DNA of 64,000 nt from Acidimicrobiales bacterium (GTDB taxonomy: Bacteria; Actinomycetota; Acidimicrobiia; Acidimicrobiales; Aldehydirespiratoraceae). The position numbers and the translations under genes are program-made. Where the stretch lies: the NCBI GenBank assembly GCA_963662645.2, contig OY759762.1, positions 1,933,160 to 1,997,159 of the forward strand. Direction: 5' to 3'. Below the pieces are notes generated by a model. That model was not told the DNA's origin and did not search any database. It saw nothing but the letters and a program-made list of their open reading frames with translations. Shown piece after piece: positions 37,673-46,999 of this stretch; the stretch's first letter is position 1; each line of letters opens with the position of its first letter.

Positions 37673-38968
37673 ATGACTCAGGAAGGAAGCTCGGCTTCAA
37701 CTGACGGTTCGGCTGCCGACATGATCCTCGACGAGGCCGACTCTTCGAGCCTGGCCAGACGAGGATTCATAAAGGGCGGACTCGGGGTAGCCGGGTTCGC
37801 GGCTGCCACCGCGATCCTGGCCGCGTGCGGCGACGACGACGAAGAGGCTCCGGCGCCCACTGCCACGGATGCGCCCGACGCCGCCGAGACCACCACGACG
37901 GCCGCGGCCGCTGAGCCCACCGACACCGTGGCCGTGACCGCGGAGGGTCCCGAGCTTGAGTGGCAGATGGCCACCAGCTGGCCCACCGCCCTGGTGACGC
38001 TGTTCGGATCGGCGCAGTACTTCGCTAGGAGGGTGGGCGAGCTCACCGGCGGGCGCTTCGTCATCCATGCTCGCCCCGCGGGCGAGATCGTCGGTGGCCT
38101 CGAGGTGCTGCAGACGGTCCGCGACCTCGGTGTGGAGATGGGTCACACCGCCTCCTACTACTACGTCGGGATAAGCCCCGTTCAGCAGTTCGGCACCGCG
38201 GTCCCGTTCGGGCTCAGCCAGCGCCAGCAGAACGCCTGGCTGTACGGCACCTTCGACAACGAGGGCCGCCAGAGCGGTACCGACATGCTCAACGAGTTCT
38301 ACGCGGCCGAACACGGCATCATCGCCTTCCCCGGCGGCGGCACGGGCTGCCAGATGGGCGGCTGGTTCACCAAGGAGATCAACGCGGTCTCTGATCTGAA
38401 CGGCCTCAAGATGCGCATCCCCGGCCTGGCCGGCCGGGTGCTGGAGAACCTCGGCGGCGAGCAGGTGACCCTGGCCGGCGGCGAGATCCTGCAGGCCATC
38501 CAGACCGGCGCCATCGACGGCGCCGAGTTCGTCGGCCCGACCGACGACCTGATCCTGGGCCTGGACCAGTTCGAGGGCCAGTTGTACTACTACCACCCGG
38601 GCTGGTGGGAGCCGGGCACGGCGCTCGAGGTCCAGATCTCCCTGGAGAGGTGGAACGAGCTGCCGCCGGAGTACCAGGCAGCCATCCGGGTTGCCGCGGC
38701 GGACGCCAACATGAGAACCATGGCCACCTACGACGTGCTCAACCAGGCAGACCTGCAGCGGGTCAAGCAGTTCGCGGAGATCCGCGAGTTCTCGCCCGAC
38801 CTGATGGCCGCGTTCAAGGCCGAGACCGAGAATGTTCTCGACACGGTGGCCGCCGACGACGAGCACTTCGCCCGGATACTCGGGCCGTGGCGCGAGTTCC
38901 GCGACGGCATCGCGGAGTGGCACGGTCTGGCCGAGAGGTCGTTCCTCAGCCAGCAGACCCAGGTCTGA
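37673..38968 (+). CDS. TRAP transporter substrate-binding protein with Tat-type signal and lipobox
   Basis: SLARRGFIKGGLGVAGFAAATAILAAC. ATG 37673 lies 7 nt after GGAGGG. Mature domain is DctP-type (TRAP mannitol/chloroaromatic-type by recollection). Confidence 0.8.
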   Translation: MTQEGSSASTDGSAADMILDEADSSSLARRGFIKGGLGVAGFAAATAILAACGDDDEEAPAPTATDAPDAAETTTTAAAAEPTDTVAVTAEGPELEWQMATSWPTALVTLFGSAQYFARRVGELTGGRFVIHARPAGEIVGGLEVLQTVRDLGVEMGHTASYYYVGISPVQQFGTAVPFGLSQRQQNAWLYGTFDNEGRQSGTDMLNEFYAAEHGIIAFPGGGTGCQMGGWFTKEINAVSDLNGLKMRIPGLAGRVLENLGGEQVTLAGGEILQAIQTGAIDGAEFVGPTDDLILGLDQFEGQLYYYHPGWWEPGTALEVQISLERWNELPPEYQAAIRVAAADANMRTMATYDVLNQADLQRVKQFAEIREFSPDLMAAFKAETENVLDTVAADDEHFARILGPWREFRDGIAEWHGLAERSFLSQQTQV

Positions 38969-38980
38969 TCCACACCCGGA

Positions 38981-40138
38981 GTGAGAGAGCAGGGCGACCC
39001 CGCCGAGAGCAAGCCGCTCAACGCTCCGAAGTTCGGTACTGACCGCAGCCACTATCAGGCCGCGCTTCAGCAATGGATGCGAGAGGCCTTTCCGGCCAGG
39101 CATGGCCTCGCCGTGACCGACATCGAAGTTCCGGTGAGCACCGGGTTCTCCAACGAGACGGTGATCCTCGACGCGGCCTGGACCGAGAGCGGCTCGGATC
39201 GCCGGGAGCGCTACGCGGTGAGGATCGAACCCGCCGACGGCGGAATGTTCCCGCCCCAGACGCCGCATTGCGCGGTGTCGGTGGAGCTCCAGTACCGGGC
39301 GATGAAGGCGGTGGCGGAGGCAGGCGTGGCCCCGGTGCCGCCGCTGTTCGGCTATGAGCCCGACCCCGCAGTGCTGGGCGCGCCGTTCTTCGTGATGGGG
39401 TTCGTGCCGGGACGCATCCCCGCGGACGTGCCCCGCTACACCGAGGCGGGCTTCGTGGTGGACGAGGCGACGCCGCAGGAGCGACGGCGCATGGTGCTCT
39501 CGGCCATCGACACCATCGCCGGCATTCACCGCCTGGACTGGCGCGAGGCAGGTCTGGACTGGCTGGACGCCAGCGGCACGGGCACGCCTACGACCGACCT
39601 GCAGATCGACCTGTACCGCAACCATGTGACCTCGGAGTTGGCGGGGAGGGAGCATCCCGTGCTGCACGCCGCGCTCGACTGGCTGGAGGCCAACGACCCC
39701 GGCGACGAGCGGGTCGGGCTGACGTGGGGCGACGCCCGGCTGGGCAACATCATCCTGCAGGACTACCGGACCGCGGCCGTGCTCGACTGGGAGGTGTGCG
39801 CCCTGAGCCCGACGGAGGCCGACGTGGGATGGTGGCTGATGTTCGACCGGATGTCCTTCGACGACATGGGCATCGCACGACTCGAGGGCTACCCCGGCCG
39901 CGATGAGATGATTGCCCGCTACGAGCAGGTCTCGGGCCGAGCCGTGCGGGAACCCCACTACTGGGAGGTGTTCGCCACGATGCGGTTCTGCGCCATCTTC
40001 ATCCGCTTGGGCGACCGCCTCACCGCGTCCGGCCTCCTCCCGCCGGAGCGGAACCCTGCCGTCGGCAATCAGGTCACGGTCGCGCTGGCTGCATTGCTCG
40101 GCATGGACAACCCCACCCCCGACCTGCTGGCCCAATGA
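38981..40138 (+). CDS. Phosphotransferase (APH / choline-kinase-like) family protein
   Basis: Catalytic loop WGDARLGNIIL followed by AVLDWE. N-terminal FSNETV nucleotide-binding-type region. Confidence 0.8.
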   Translation: MREQGDPAESKPLNAPKFGTDRSHYQAALQQWMREAFPARHGLAVTDIEVPVSTGFSNETVILDAAWTESGSDRRERYAVRIEPADGGMFPPQTPHCAVSVELQYRAMKAVAEAGVAPVPPLFGYEPDPAVLGAPFFVMGFVPGRIPADVPRYTEAGFVVDEATPQERRRMVLSAIDTIAGIHRLDWREAGLDWLDASGTGTPTTDLQIDLYRNHVTSELAGREHPVLHAALDWLEANDPGDERVGLTWGDARLGNIILQDYRTAAVLDWEVCALSPTEADVGWWLMFDRMSFDDMGIARLEGYPGRDEMIARYEQVSGRAVREPHYWEVFATMRFCAIFIRLGDRLTASGLLPPERNPAVGNQVTVALAALLGMDNPTPDLLAQ

Positions 40139-40172
40139 CCGGCTCCGGCGACGGCACGCAGGGGGTGGCGGG

Positions 40173-41165
40173 GTGAAGTTCGGACTCTGGTATGACTTCC
40201 GCAATCCTCTGAAGCAACCGTGGTCGCAGCTGTACGAGGAGCTGCTCGACCAGATCGTCTGGGCGGACTCAGCCGGCTTCGAATCGGTCTGGCTGTCGGA
40301 GCACCATGTCACCGACGATGGCTACATGCCGTCGGTGTTTGTGATGCTGGCCGCCATCGCGGCTCGGACACAGCACCTGCGGCTTGGTACCGCCGTGTGC
40401 CTGGCGCCTCTCCACCATCCTGTCCGCCTGGCAGAGGACGTGGCGGTGGTGGACATTCTCTCCGGCGGTCGCGTCGAGCTCGGCCTTGCGCCCGGGTACC
40501 GGCCTTTCGAGTTCGAGGCGTTGGGCGTGCCTCGGCGCGAGCGTGGCCTCCGCACAGACGAGACGGTCGACATCCTGCGCCTGGCCTGGGCCGGTGAGCG
40601 CTTCTCGTATTCGGGCAGAGTGTTCGATCTGCAGGATGTCGTTGTTCAGCCGGTTCCGCGGCGCGGTCCCGAACTACCGATCCACATCGGTGGCTCCAGT
40701 TCGGCCGCGGCCGTCCGGGCAGGACGCCACGGCTGCAACTTCATGCCCGATGTCGGCACGGGTATAGGTCTCCACAACCAGTACCGGTCAGCGCGGGCCG
40801 AGAATGGTTTCAATGCTGACACCGGCGCCATAACGATGAATGGCTGCGTATTCGTCTGCGAGGAACCCGACCGCGGGCGTGCTCAGGTCCATCGTTCTCT
40901 CACTTACATGTACGAGCGCTATGACGCCTGGGAGAGGGAGGACGACTCCGAAGTCACCGCTTTCGAGCCCATCGACATACAGCGGCTGGACGAATTGTGC
41001 ATCATCGGGACGCCTCAAGAAGTGACCCGCCGGATGAGAGCCATTCGCGATGAGTTCTCACCCGACCGCTTCATATTCTGGGGCAGGCTGCCGGGAATGC
41101 CAATAGAGGACGCGAGCCGATCACTCCAACTGTTCGCCAACGAGGTGATGCCGACCCTCGTTTGA
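40173..41165 (+). CDS. LLM-class (luciferase-like) flavin/F420-dependent oxidoreductase
   Basis: VKFGLWYDF...AGFESVWLSEHH TIM-barrel N-terminus typical of luciferase-like monooxygenases. GTG 40173. Confidence 0.8.
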   Translation: MKFGLWYDFRNPLKQPWSQLYEELLDQIVWADSAGFESVWLSEHHVTDDGYMPSVFVMLAAIAARTQHLRLGTAVCLAPLHHPVRLAEDVAVVDILSGGRVELGLAPGYRPFEFEALGVPRRERGLRTDETVDILRLAWAGERFSYSGRVFDLQDVVVQPVPRRGPELPIHIGGSSSAAAVRAGRHGCNFMPDVGTGIGLHNQYRSARAENGFNADTGAITMNGCVFVCEEPDRGRAQVHRSLTYMYERYDAWEREDDSEVTAFEPIDIQRLDELCIIGTPQEVTRRMRAIRDEFSPDRFIFWGRLPGMPIEDASRSLQLFANEVMPTLV

Positions 41166-43463
41166 GACTAGATCCGCAATCTGCTCAGGCCGGATCGGAA
41201 CCCGGTCGATCTCATGCCCGGTTGCATCCTCCACGGCATTGGCCAGAGCGGCCACCGCAGCGTGCAATCCGGCCTCGCCGATCCCGCGCATCCCTCCCGG
41301 ATGCTCCGACGGAGACTGGATGTGAACGATCCTCATCTGAGGAACGACATCCCACTCTCTGGGCAGCAGGTAGTGGATGAGACTGGACGTGAGCAGGGCG
41401 CCCTGCCGGTCGTAGTCGACAGCCTCCAGGAAGACCGACCCCACACCCTGGGCTACTCCACCCCGTACCTGGCCCTCCACGATCGACGGATTGATGATCA
41501 CGCCGCCGTCCTGAACAACCACATACTCAAGGACCTTGAATGCTCCGGTCGCCTCGAACAACTGGACGACGGCGACATGGCAGCCGTTGGCTGTGGTGTA
41601 GTAGCGGTGGTTCAGGTAACGGTTGGTTGACTCTAGCCCCGGTTCCATGCCAGCCGGAAGGGACTGGGCCTGCAGATGGGACCTCATCGCAATCTCGTCG
41701 AGAGTGATCGCGGCGGACGGCACGCCACGAACTGTTGCCCGACCAGCCGCGAGGTCGATGTCATCGGGACTTGCCTCCAACAGATGCGCGGCGATGGCCC
41801 GCATCTTGGTTGCCACCGCGGCTGCAGCCGTCTTGGTGGCCGCCCCTCCTAGCACTCCTGCCCGGCTGCCGTGGGTGCCTCCGCTGTAGGGGCACATGAG
41901 CGTGTCTCCGGCCCGGACCGTGATCCGGTTCACAGCCACGCCGAGTTCGTCGGCTGCGATCTGCGCCAGTGTCGTCTCCAAGCCCTGACCTTGACTCGAA
42001 ACGCCGGCGAGAATGGTCGCGTCACCGGAGGGCTCGATTCGCACCGTTGTTGAGTCGAAGGGTATGGCGACCGATGGATCGGGACCCATCACGCCGGCCG
42101 CCGTGGGGGCGACATAGCTGGCGATGCCCAGGCCGATGTGTCGGCCCTCGGACGCGGCCGCAGCCCGCCGCTTCTCCCAGGCGTCGAAGCCGATGTGATC
42201 AAGTGCGGTTTCCAGTGCTTCGAGGTGGGTCCCGGTGTCGATTTCGAGACCCCCGTGGGTTGCGAACGGGATTTCCGAGGCGGTGATCATGTTGCGGCGC
42301 CTCAACTCCGCCCGGTCGATGCCCAGGCGGCGGGCGGCCCGATCCAGCAACGATTCGGTGATCCACGTGGCTGCCGGCCCTCCGGTGGCTCGGTAGGCGC
42401 TGGTTGGGGTGGTGTTGGTCAGTACTCCCCTGCACCGGTAGCCGTAATGACCTATGCGGTACGGTCCCGGGAGCGACGTTGATCCGATGAACGTCTCAAC
42501 CAGGGCCCCCGACCACGGCACCGCGAAGAAGGCTCCTGCGGGGCAGGTGAGTTCTACACCCAACCCGGTCCAGGTGCCGTCGCGTTCGAAGGCTGCTATG
42601 GCCTGGTAGCTGGATCCCCGGCACTGGTAGTCGCTGGTGAAGGCCTCGTACCGGTCGCAAATCCACTTCACCGGACGCTGTAAGCGGCGGGCTGCGAGGG
42701 CAACCACAAGATCCTCGGGATAGACAGCCAGCTTCACGCCAAAGGCCCCTCCCACGTCGGGAGTGACGATCCGCACCGCAGTCTGGGGCAGTTCCAGGAG
42801 AGCGGCGAGCGCGTCCCGCAGGATGTGGGGCATCTGTGTGCCCGTGTGCAGGGTGAGCCCCCCACCGTTCGGATCCGGTACGGCCAGGACGCCCCGCGTC
42901 TCCATCGGCATGGCCGTCTGCCGCTCGGTCCGGTATTCGGCCTCAACCACCAGATGGGCAGAAGCGATGGCCTCATCGAGTTGAGCTGGCCAGGAGTCGT
43001 TGATCAGAACGACATTGGTCTCTTCTCCGGCGTGAACCGTAGTGCCACCTTGAAGGCTCTCGTCGATCTCGGTCACGGCAGCGAGGGGCTCGATGTCGAC
43101 GGGCACCTGCTCGGTGAGGTCCTCCGCGACGTAGCGATTGGACGCCATGACGACCGCTATCGGCTGACCGACGTAGGTGACCTCGCCGCCGGCGAGCAGT
43201 GGCTGGCGGGGACCTGAGTCGTTGGTCAGCTCGTGGGGCAGGTCCGTATGGCCCAGAACGGCGATCACTCTCGGATCGTCGCGGACGGCGTCCAAGCCCA
43301 CGTTCAAGATCCGTCCGTGTGGAACCGGACTGCGCACGAAGGCGGCATGGGTGGTGTGAGCTGGTTCGAGATCGGCCACGAAACGGCCGCGGCCCCGCAG
43401 GAGCCTTTCATCCTCCAGCCGGGCCAGCCGGGTGCCGACTACAGGCGTCGTACGACTCGTCAC
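41121..43463 (-). CDS. Xanthine dehydrogenase family molybdopterin-binding large subunit (module A; not a CO dehydrogenase signature)
   Basis: RLEDERLLRG N-terminus, ETRG, GGAFG, AYRATGGP active-site loop, GIGEAG near the C-terminus. ATGA overlap with the 2Fe-2S subunit gene. Confidence 0.9.
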   Translation of the reverse strand: MTSRTTPVVGTRLARLEDERLLRGRGRFVADLEPAHTTHAAFVRSPVPHGRILNVGLDAVRDDPRVIAVLGHTDLPHELTNDSGPRQPLLAGGEVTYVGQPIAVVMASNRYVAEDLTEQVPVDIEPLAAVTEIDESLQGGTTVHAGEETNVVLINDSWPAQLDEAIASAHLVVEAEYRTERQTAMPMETRGVLAVPDPNGGGLTLHTGTQMPHILRDALAALLELPQTAVRIVTPDVGGAFGVKLAVYPEDLVVALAARRLQRPVKWICDRYEAFTSDYQCRGSSYQAIAAFERDGTWTGLGVELTCPAGAFFAVPWSGALVETFIGSTSLPGPYRIGHYGYRCRGVLTNTTPTSAYRATGGPAATWITESLLDRAARRLGIDRAELRRRNMITASEIPFATHGGLEIDTGTHLEALETALDHIGFDAWEKRRAAAASEGRHIGLGIASYVAPTAAGVMGPDPSVAIPFDSTTVRIEPSGDATILAGVSSQGQGLETTLAQIAADELGVAVNRITVRAGDTLMCPYSGGTHGSRAGVLGGAATKTAAAAVATKMRAIAAHLLEASPDDIDLAAGRATVRGVPSAAITLDEIAMRSHLQAQSLPAGMEPGLESTNRYLNHRYYTTANGCHVAVVQLFEATGAFKVLEYVVVQDGGVIINPSIVEGQVRGGVAQGVGSVFLEAVDYDRQGALLTSSLIHYLLPREWDVVPQMRIVHIQSPSEHPGGMRGIGEAGLHAAVAALANAVEDATGHEIDRVPIRPEQIADLVSNEGRHHLVGEQLE

Positions 43464-43939
43464 GGCGCTGGCTCTTGCCGGGGCCGCATCGCGGCCTCGA
43501 TGGCGGTAATGATCGGCTCGTAGCCGGTGCAGCGGCAGATGTGGCCCGATACGGCCTCGCGAACATCGATCTCTTCATTCCCCAATGACTCGAGTAGGGC
43601 TTGGGCGGTCATCAGCAGCCCGGGTGTGCAGAAGCCGCACTGCAGGGCGTGATTGTCACGGAACGACTTCTGCAGATCGCTGAGTTCGACGCCGGCCAGG
43701 CTCTCGACGGTTCGAACCGTCGAGCCGTGGGCCGACGCCGCGAGCATCAAGCAACTGCGTACCGGCAGGTCGTCGACCAAGACAGTGCAGGACCCGCAGA
43801 CGCCGTGCTCGCAGCCGATCTTGGTGCCGACCAACCCGCAGCCGTCCCGGATGAAGTCGGCCAGCGTTGTTCGCGCATCGACTCGACCGTCGATCGTTGC
43901 CCCGTTGACGACTATCTCCAGCGAGACGGGTGCACTCAT
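43460..43939 (-). CDS. (2Fe-2S)-binding small subunit of the Mo-hydroxylase (module A)
   Basis: GCEHGVCGSCTV and CGFCTPG...CRCTGY motifs. 159 aa from ATG 43939. The longer tracked ORF upstream is discarded. Confidence 0.92.
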   Translation of the reverse strand: MSAPVSLEIVVNGATIDGRVDARTTLADFIRDGCGLVGTKIGCEHGVCGSCTVLVDDLPVRSCLMLAASAHGSTVRTVESLAGVELSDLQKSFRDNHALQCGFCTPGLLMTAQALLESLGNEEIDVREAVSGHICRCTGYEPIITAIEAAMRPRQEPAP

Positions 43940-44808
43940 CGATTCATCTTTCTGCGGGAGCCTCGTGGAGATGAAGCGGCCTGGCCGAAGGCATCCGCGG
44001 CCAGGTGCTGAATCAGGCGACGGTGATACCGGTCGTGGTCGGCGGTGGCGCTGTCCGCTGTCGCTTGCGCGGCAAGTCCGACATCCAATCCCGTGGCCCC
44101 CTCGGCGGTTATGCGTTCCTCCGCGGCATGGTGGCGGCGCACGGGACCGCCGGCGGCGAAGGTCACAACCCGGCATCCGGTGACAACTCCGCTCTCGTGG
44201 GAGTGAACCTGGCACGCAACGCCGGCGGAGGCATAGTCTCCAGGTCGGCGCGAATACTCGGAGAAGCCGTGGCCGGTGCCGGCCCCGGACCGCGGGAATC
44301 GGACCGCTTCGACGAGTTCATCGTCGGAGATCGTCGTGGTGTAGGCCTCGGCCAGGAAGTCGTCGATCAACACGGAGCGGCTGCCGCGCACTGACTTCAG
44401 CCGTACCTCCGCGCCCAGCGCCAGCGCGACGGCCGGGAGTTCGCCCGCAGGGTCGTTGTGGGCAATGCTCCCGACAACGGTTCCACGATTGCGAATCGGC
44501 ATGTGTCCAACGTGGCTGATCGCTCGGGCGATGATCGGGAACTGGCCGATGGCTCCGTACTCGATGACTCGCCGGTATGTGGCCGCGGCGCCCACTTCGA
44601 GACCCTGGGCGTCAGCCTCGATGGCCATCAGATCGGCCGTCTTGGAGATGTCGATCAGATGACTCGGTGCCACTATGCGCAGGTTCATCATCGGCAACAG
44701 GGATTGGCCGCCCGCCAGAATCCTGGCTTCGTCACCGAACTGCGCCAGCACCTCTACGGCGTGCGCTGCCGCTTCAGCCCGGTGGTACGTGAACGGCGCG
44801 GGCTTCAT
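43936..44808 (-). CDS. FAD-binding medium subunit of the Mo-hydroxylase (module A, CoxM/XdhB-like)
   Basis: ILAGGQSLLPMMNLR and NRGTVVGSIAHNDPAGE FAD-binding motifs. Confidence 0.9.
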   Translation of the reverse strand: MKPAPFTYHRAEAAAHAVEVLAQFGDEARILAGGQSLLPMMNLRIVAPSHLIDISKTADLMAIEADAQGLEVGAAATYRRVIEYGAIGQFPIIARAISHVGHMPIRNRGTVVGSIAHNDPAGELPAVALALGAEVRLKSVRGSRSVLIDDFLAEAYTTTISDDELVEAVRFPRSGAGTGHGFSEYSRRPGDYASAGVACQVHSHESGVVTGCRVVTFAAGGPVRRHHAAEERITAEGATGLDVGLAAQATADSATADHDRYHRRLIQHLAADAFGQAASSPRGSRRKMNR

Positions 44809-44824
44809 GGACTGCCTGCTGCGC

Positions 44825-46963
44825 TCAGCGAGAGGCCAGCGCGAGGATGTGGCTCATGTCCTGGCGATCCCGGGCCACCCGACGCTCCCGGATGAACGGG
44901 AGCGGGACCGCGGGATCCTCGCTGTCGATCTCGCGTGCCAACCGGTGGCCGTCGAAGATGGCGTCGGCGACCAGCATGCGGGGGGAGACGCAATCCCCGA
45001 TGCGGAAGAGTTGTGGCCGGGACTCCTCCGGAGCCGATGACACGGCCTGCTGCACGCCGTCCCACAGGGCTGTGTTGGGGATCCGCTGGGTTGTCATGAC
45101 CGTCGCGGCACCGATGGTCCGAACCGTGCTGTTGAAGCCGTGCTCGACGGTCACTTCACCCGCGGTGACATCCGTGACCATGTACTCCATCAGGAGTTCC
45201 ACCCCCAGTTCTTCGAGCAGTGGCCTCATGTGAACGTTCTCACCGGTCATGCGCATGTAGGGGCCTGGCTCCATGTGAGGTGTCACGAAACAGACACGGT
45301 GGCCGCGCCGGGCGAGGACCTCGGCGATACTCACCCCCATGAAGTAGCCCTCGATGTCGAAGACCACCACCTGTTCCTGGTCGACGGAGCGCTCGTCGGC
45401 CAGTATGTCCTCGGGCGTGAACACCGGAGCCGACTCCCAGCCGGCGACCTCCGAGTGGGTGAAGCCGTTCAGGCCGGACCGGTCCCAGACGGATCCATTG
45501 GCGACCACGACGATGTCGGCGCCGTAGTCGAGGATGTCGGAGGCGCTCAACTCCGAGTTGGTGATCAACGCGACCTGTGGGAGTTTGTCGATCTGCCCCT
45601 GGCGCCAGTTGATCACGCGACGCCAGGTCGACATTCCGGGAATGGTCGAGACCCACCGCAGATGGCCGCCGATCTCAGGCTCGGCCTCCACGACGTGCAC
45701 ATTCTCGAAGCCGCGCTTGCCCAGAACCATCCCACATTCGAGCCCGGCGCCTCCGGCTCCGACGATTAGGACGCTGGCGTCGCGGTTCGACGCCGGTGAG
45801 TAGTTCTCCGGATGCCAGCCGCGCTTGTACTCTTCGCCGGCCGTGGCGTTCTGGGTGCACAGCAGGGTCCAGCGAAGATTGACACGCGACACGCAGGCGT
45901 TGCAGCCGATGCACTCTCGAATGTCCTCGAATCGACCCTCTTCGATCTTGCGGGGGAGGAACGGATCCGAGATGGAGGGTCTGGCCGCCCCGATGATGTC
46001 GAGTTGGCCACTTGTGACCGCATCCAGCATGGTGTCCGGGCTGGTGAAACGGCCCACGCCCACGATCGGCTTGCCGGTGTGGGGGCGAACTTGGCGGACC
46101 CATTCCGCTTGGAAGTTCTCCTTGTAGAACCGAGCCGGTCCTGCATCCTTGATCCATAGCTCAACGTTCTCCCCTCCAACCTGGAGATCCCAGAAGTCGA
46201 CGAGGTGGTCGGCCAGCTCGATGAATCCCACGCCCTCCTCCGCGACCCGGATTCCGGCGTCTGTGCCATGGAGCGAATCGACGCAGAACCGGGCTGCCAC
46301 CGACAATTCGTCACCGACCTCTTCCTTCACAATCTCCAGCGTCTCCATCCAGAAGCGGGCTCTATTGACGAGCGATCCGCCGTACTCGTCGGTGCGGGAG
46401 TTGTGTACGTTCATGAGGAACTGGACTGGCACGGCCCCGATCTCGGCGCCGTGTATGTTCACTATGTCGAAGCCTGCACTTCGCGCTCTTCTGGCTGCTT
46501 CCAAGTAGAGTTGCTGCACTTCCCGGATGTCTGCTCTAGTCATGGCCCGTACCGAGCCGAAGTACGCGGCCTCCTCGATTCTTCCGTGAATGTGCCGCGC
46601 CGGTATGCGGCTGTCGATGTTTGTGGAGAACGCCCCGCCTGCATGAAGCTCGATGCCTGCGAGCGAATCATGCTCATGGATCTTGTCGGTCATCCATGCC
46701 CAGTTGGCCACATCGTCGTCGTCCCAGATCCGGGACGGCGTCATCTGGCCCGCCCAGTCAAACTCGGGGGCGATGGTGGTCGCCTCGGTGTTGACGACAG
46801 CCCAGCCGCCTTCAGCCTTGATGCCGCGGTGGTAAGCCTGACCGCCCGGAAACACGTCGCCAAATCCGGTGCATTGGGGTGTCTGATAGAAGCGATTCCT
46901 CATTGTCTTGGGTCCGATCCTGACTGGCTCGAACAGGACGTCGAATCGCTTGGGACGGCTCAT
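44825..46963 (-). CDS. Trimethylamine/dimethylamine/histamine dehydrogenase-family flavoprotein (FMN + [4Fe-4S] + ADP/NAD-type domain), paralogue A
   Basis: FDVLFEPVRIGPKTMRNRFYQTPQCTGFG (Cys at the covalent-FMN position), RTDEYGGSLVNRARF, IIGAARPSISDPFLP, CIGCNACVS...LCTQN, VLIVGAGGAGLE. Confidence 0.8.
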   Translation of the reverse strand: MSRPKRFDVLFEPVRIGPKTMRNRFYQTPQCTGFGDVFPGGQAYHRGIKAEGGWAVVNTEATTIAPEFDWAGQMTPSRIWDDDDVANWAWMTDKIHEHDSLAGIELHAGGAFSTNIDSRIPARHIHGRIEEAAYFGSVRAMTRADIREVQQLYLEAARRARSAGFDIVNIHGAEIGAVPVQFLMNVHNSRTDEYGGSLVNRARFWMETLEIVKEEVGDELSVAARFCVDSLHGTDAGIRVAEEGVGFIELADHLVDFWDLQVGGENVELWIKDAGPARFYKENFQAEWVRQVRPHTGKPIVGVGRFTSPDTMLDAVTSGQLDIIGAARPSISDPFLPRKIEEGRFEDIRECIGCNACVSRVNLRWTLLCTQNATAGEEYKRGWHPENYSPASNRDASVLIVGAGGAGLECGMVLGKRGFENVHVVEAEPEIGGHLRWVSTIPGMSTWRRVINWRQGQIDKLPQVALITNSELSASDILDYGADIVVVANGSVWDRSGLNGFTHSEVAGWESAPVFTPEDILADERSVDQEQVVVFDIEGYFMGVSIAEVLARRGHRVCFVTPHMEPGPYMRMTGENVHMRPLLEELGVELLMEYMVTDVTAGEVTVEHGFNSTVRTIGAATVMTTQRIPNTALWDGVQQAVSSAPEESRPQLFRIGDCVSPRMLVADAIFDGHRLAREIDSEDPAVPLPFIRERRVARDRQDMSHILALASR

Positions 46964-46999
46964 GAGATTTGGCTCCTTCTATCGGCAGCGCAGGGTATG

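Noticed and set aside
41121-44808. Aerobic carbon-monoxide dehydrogenase (CoxMSL).
   Set aside because: The large-subunit active-site loop reads AYRATGGP, not the CODH form-I VAYRCSFR. No coxDEFG-type accessory genes are adjacent. The generic XDH-family hydroxylase call was kept.
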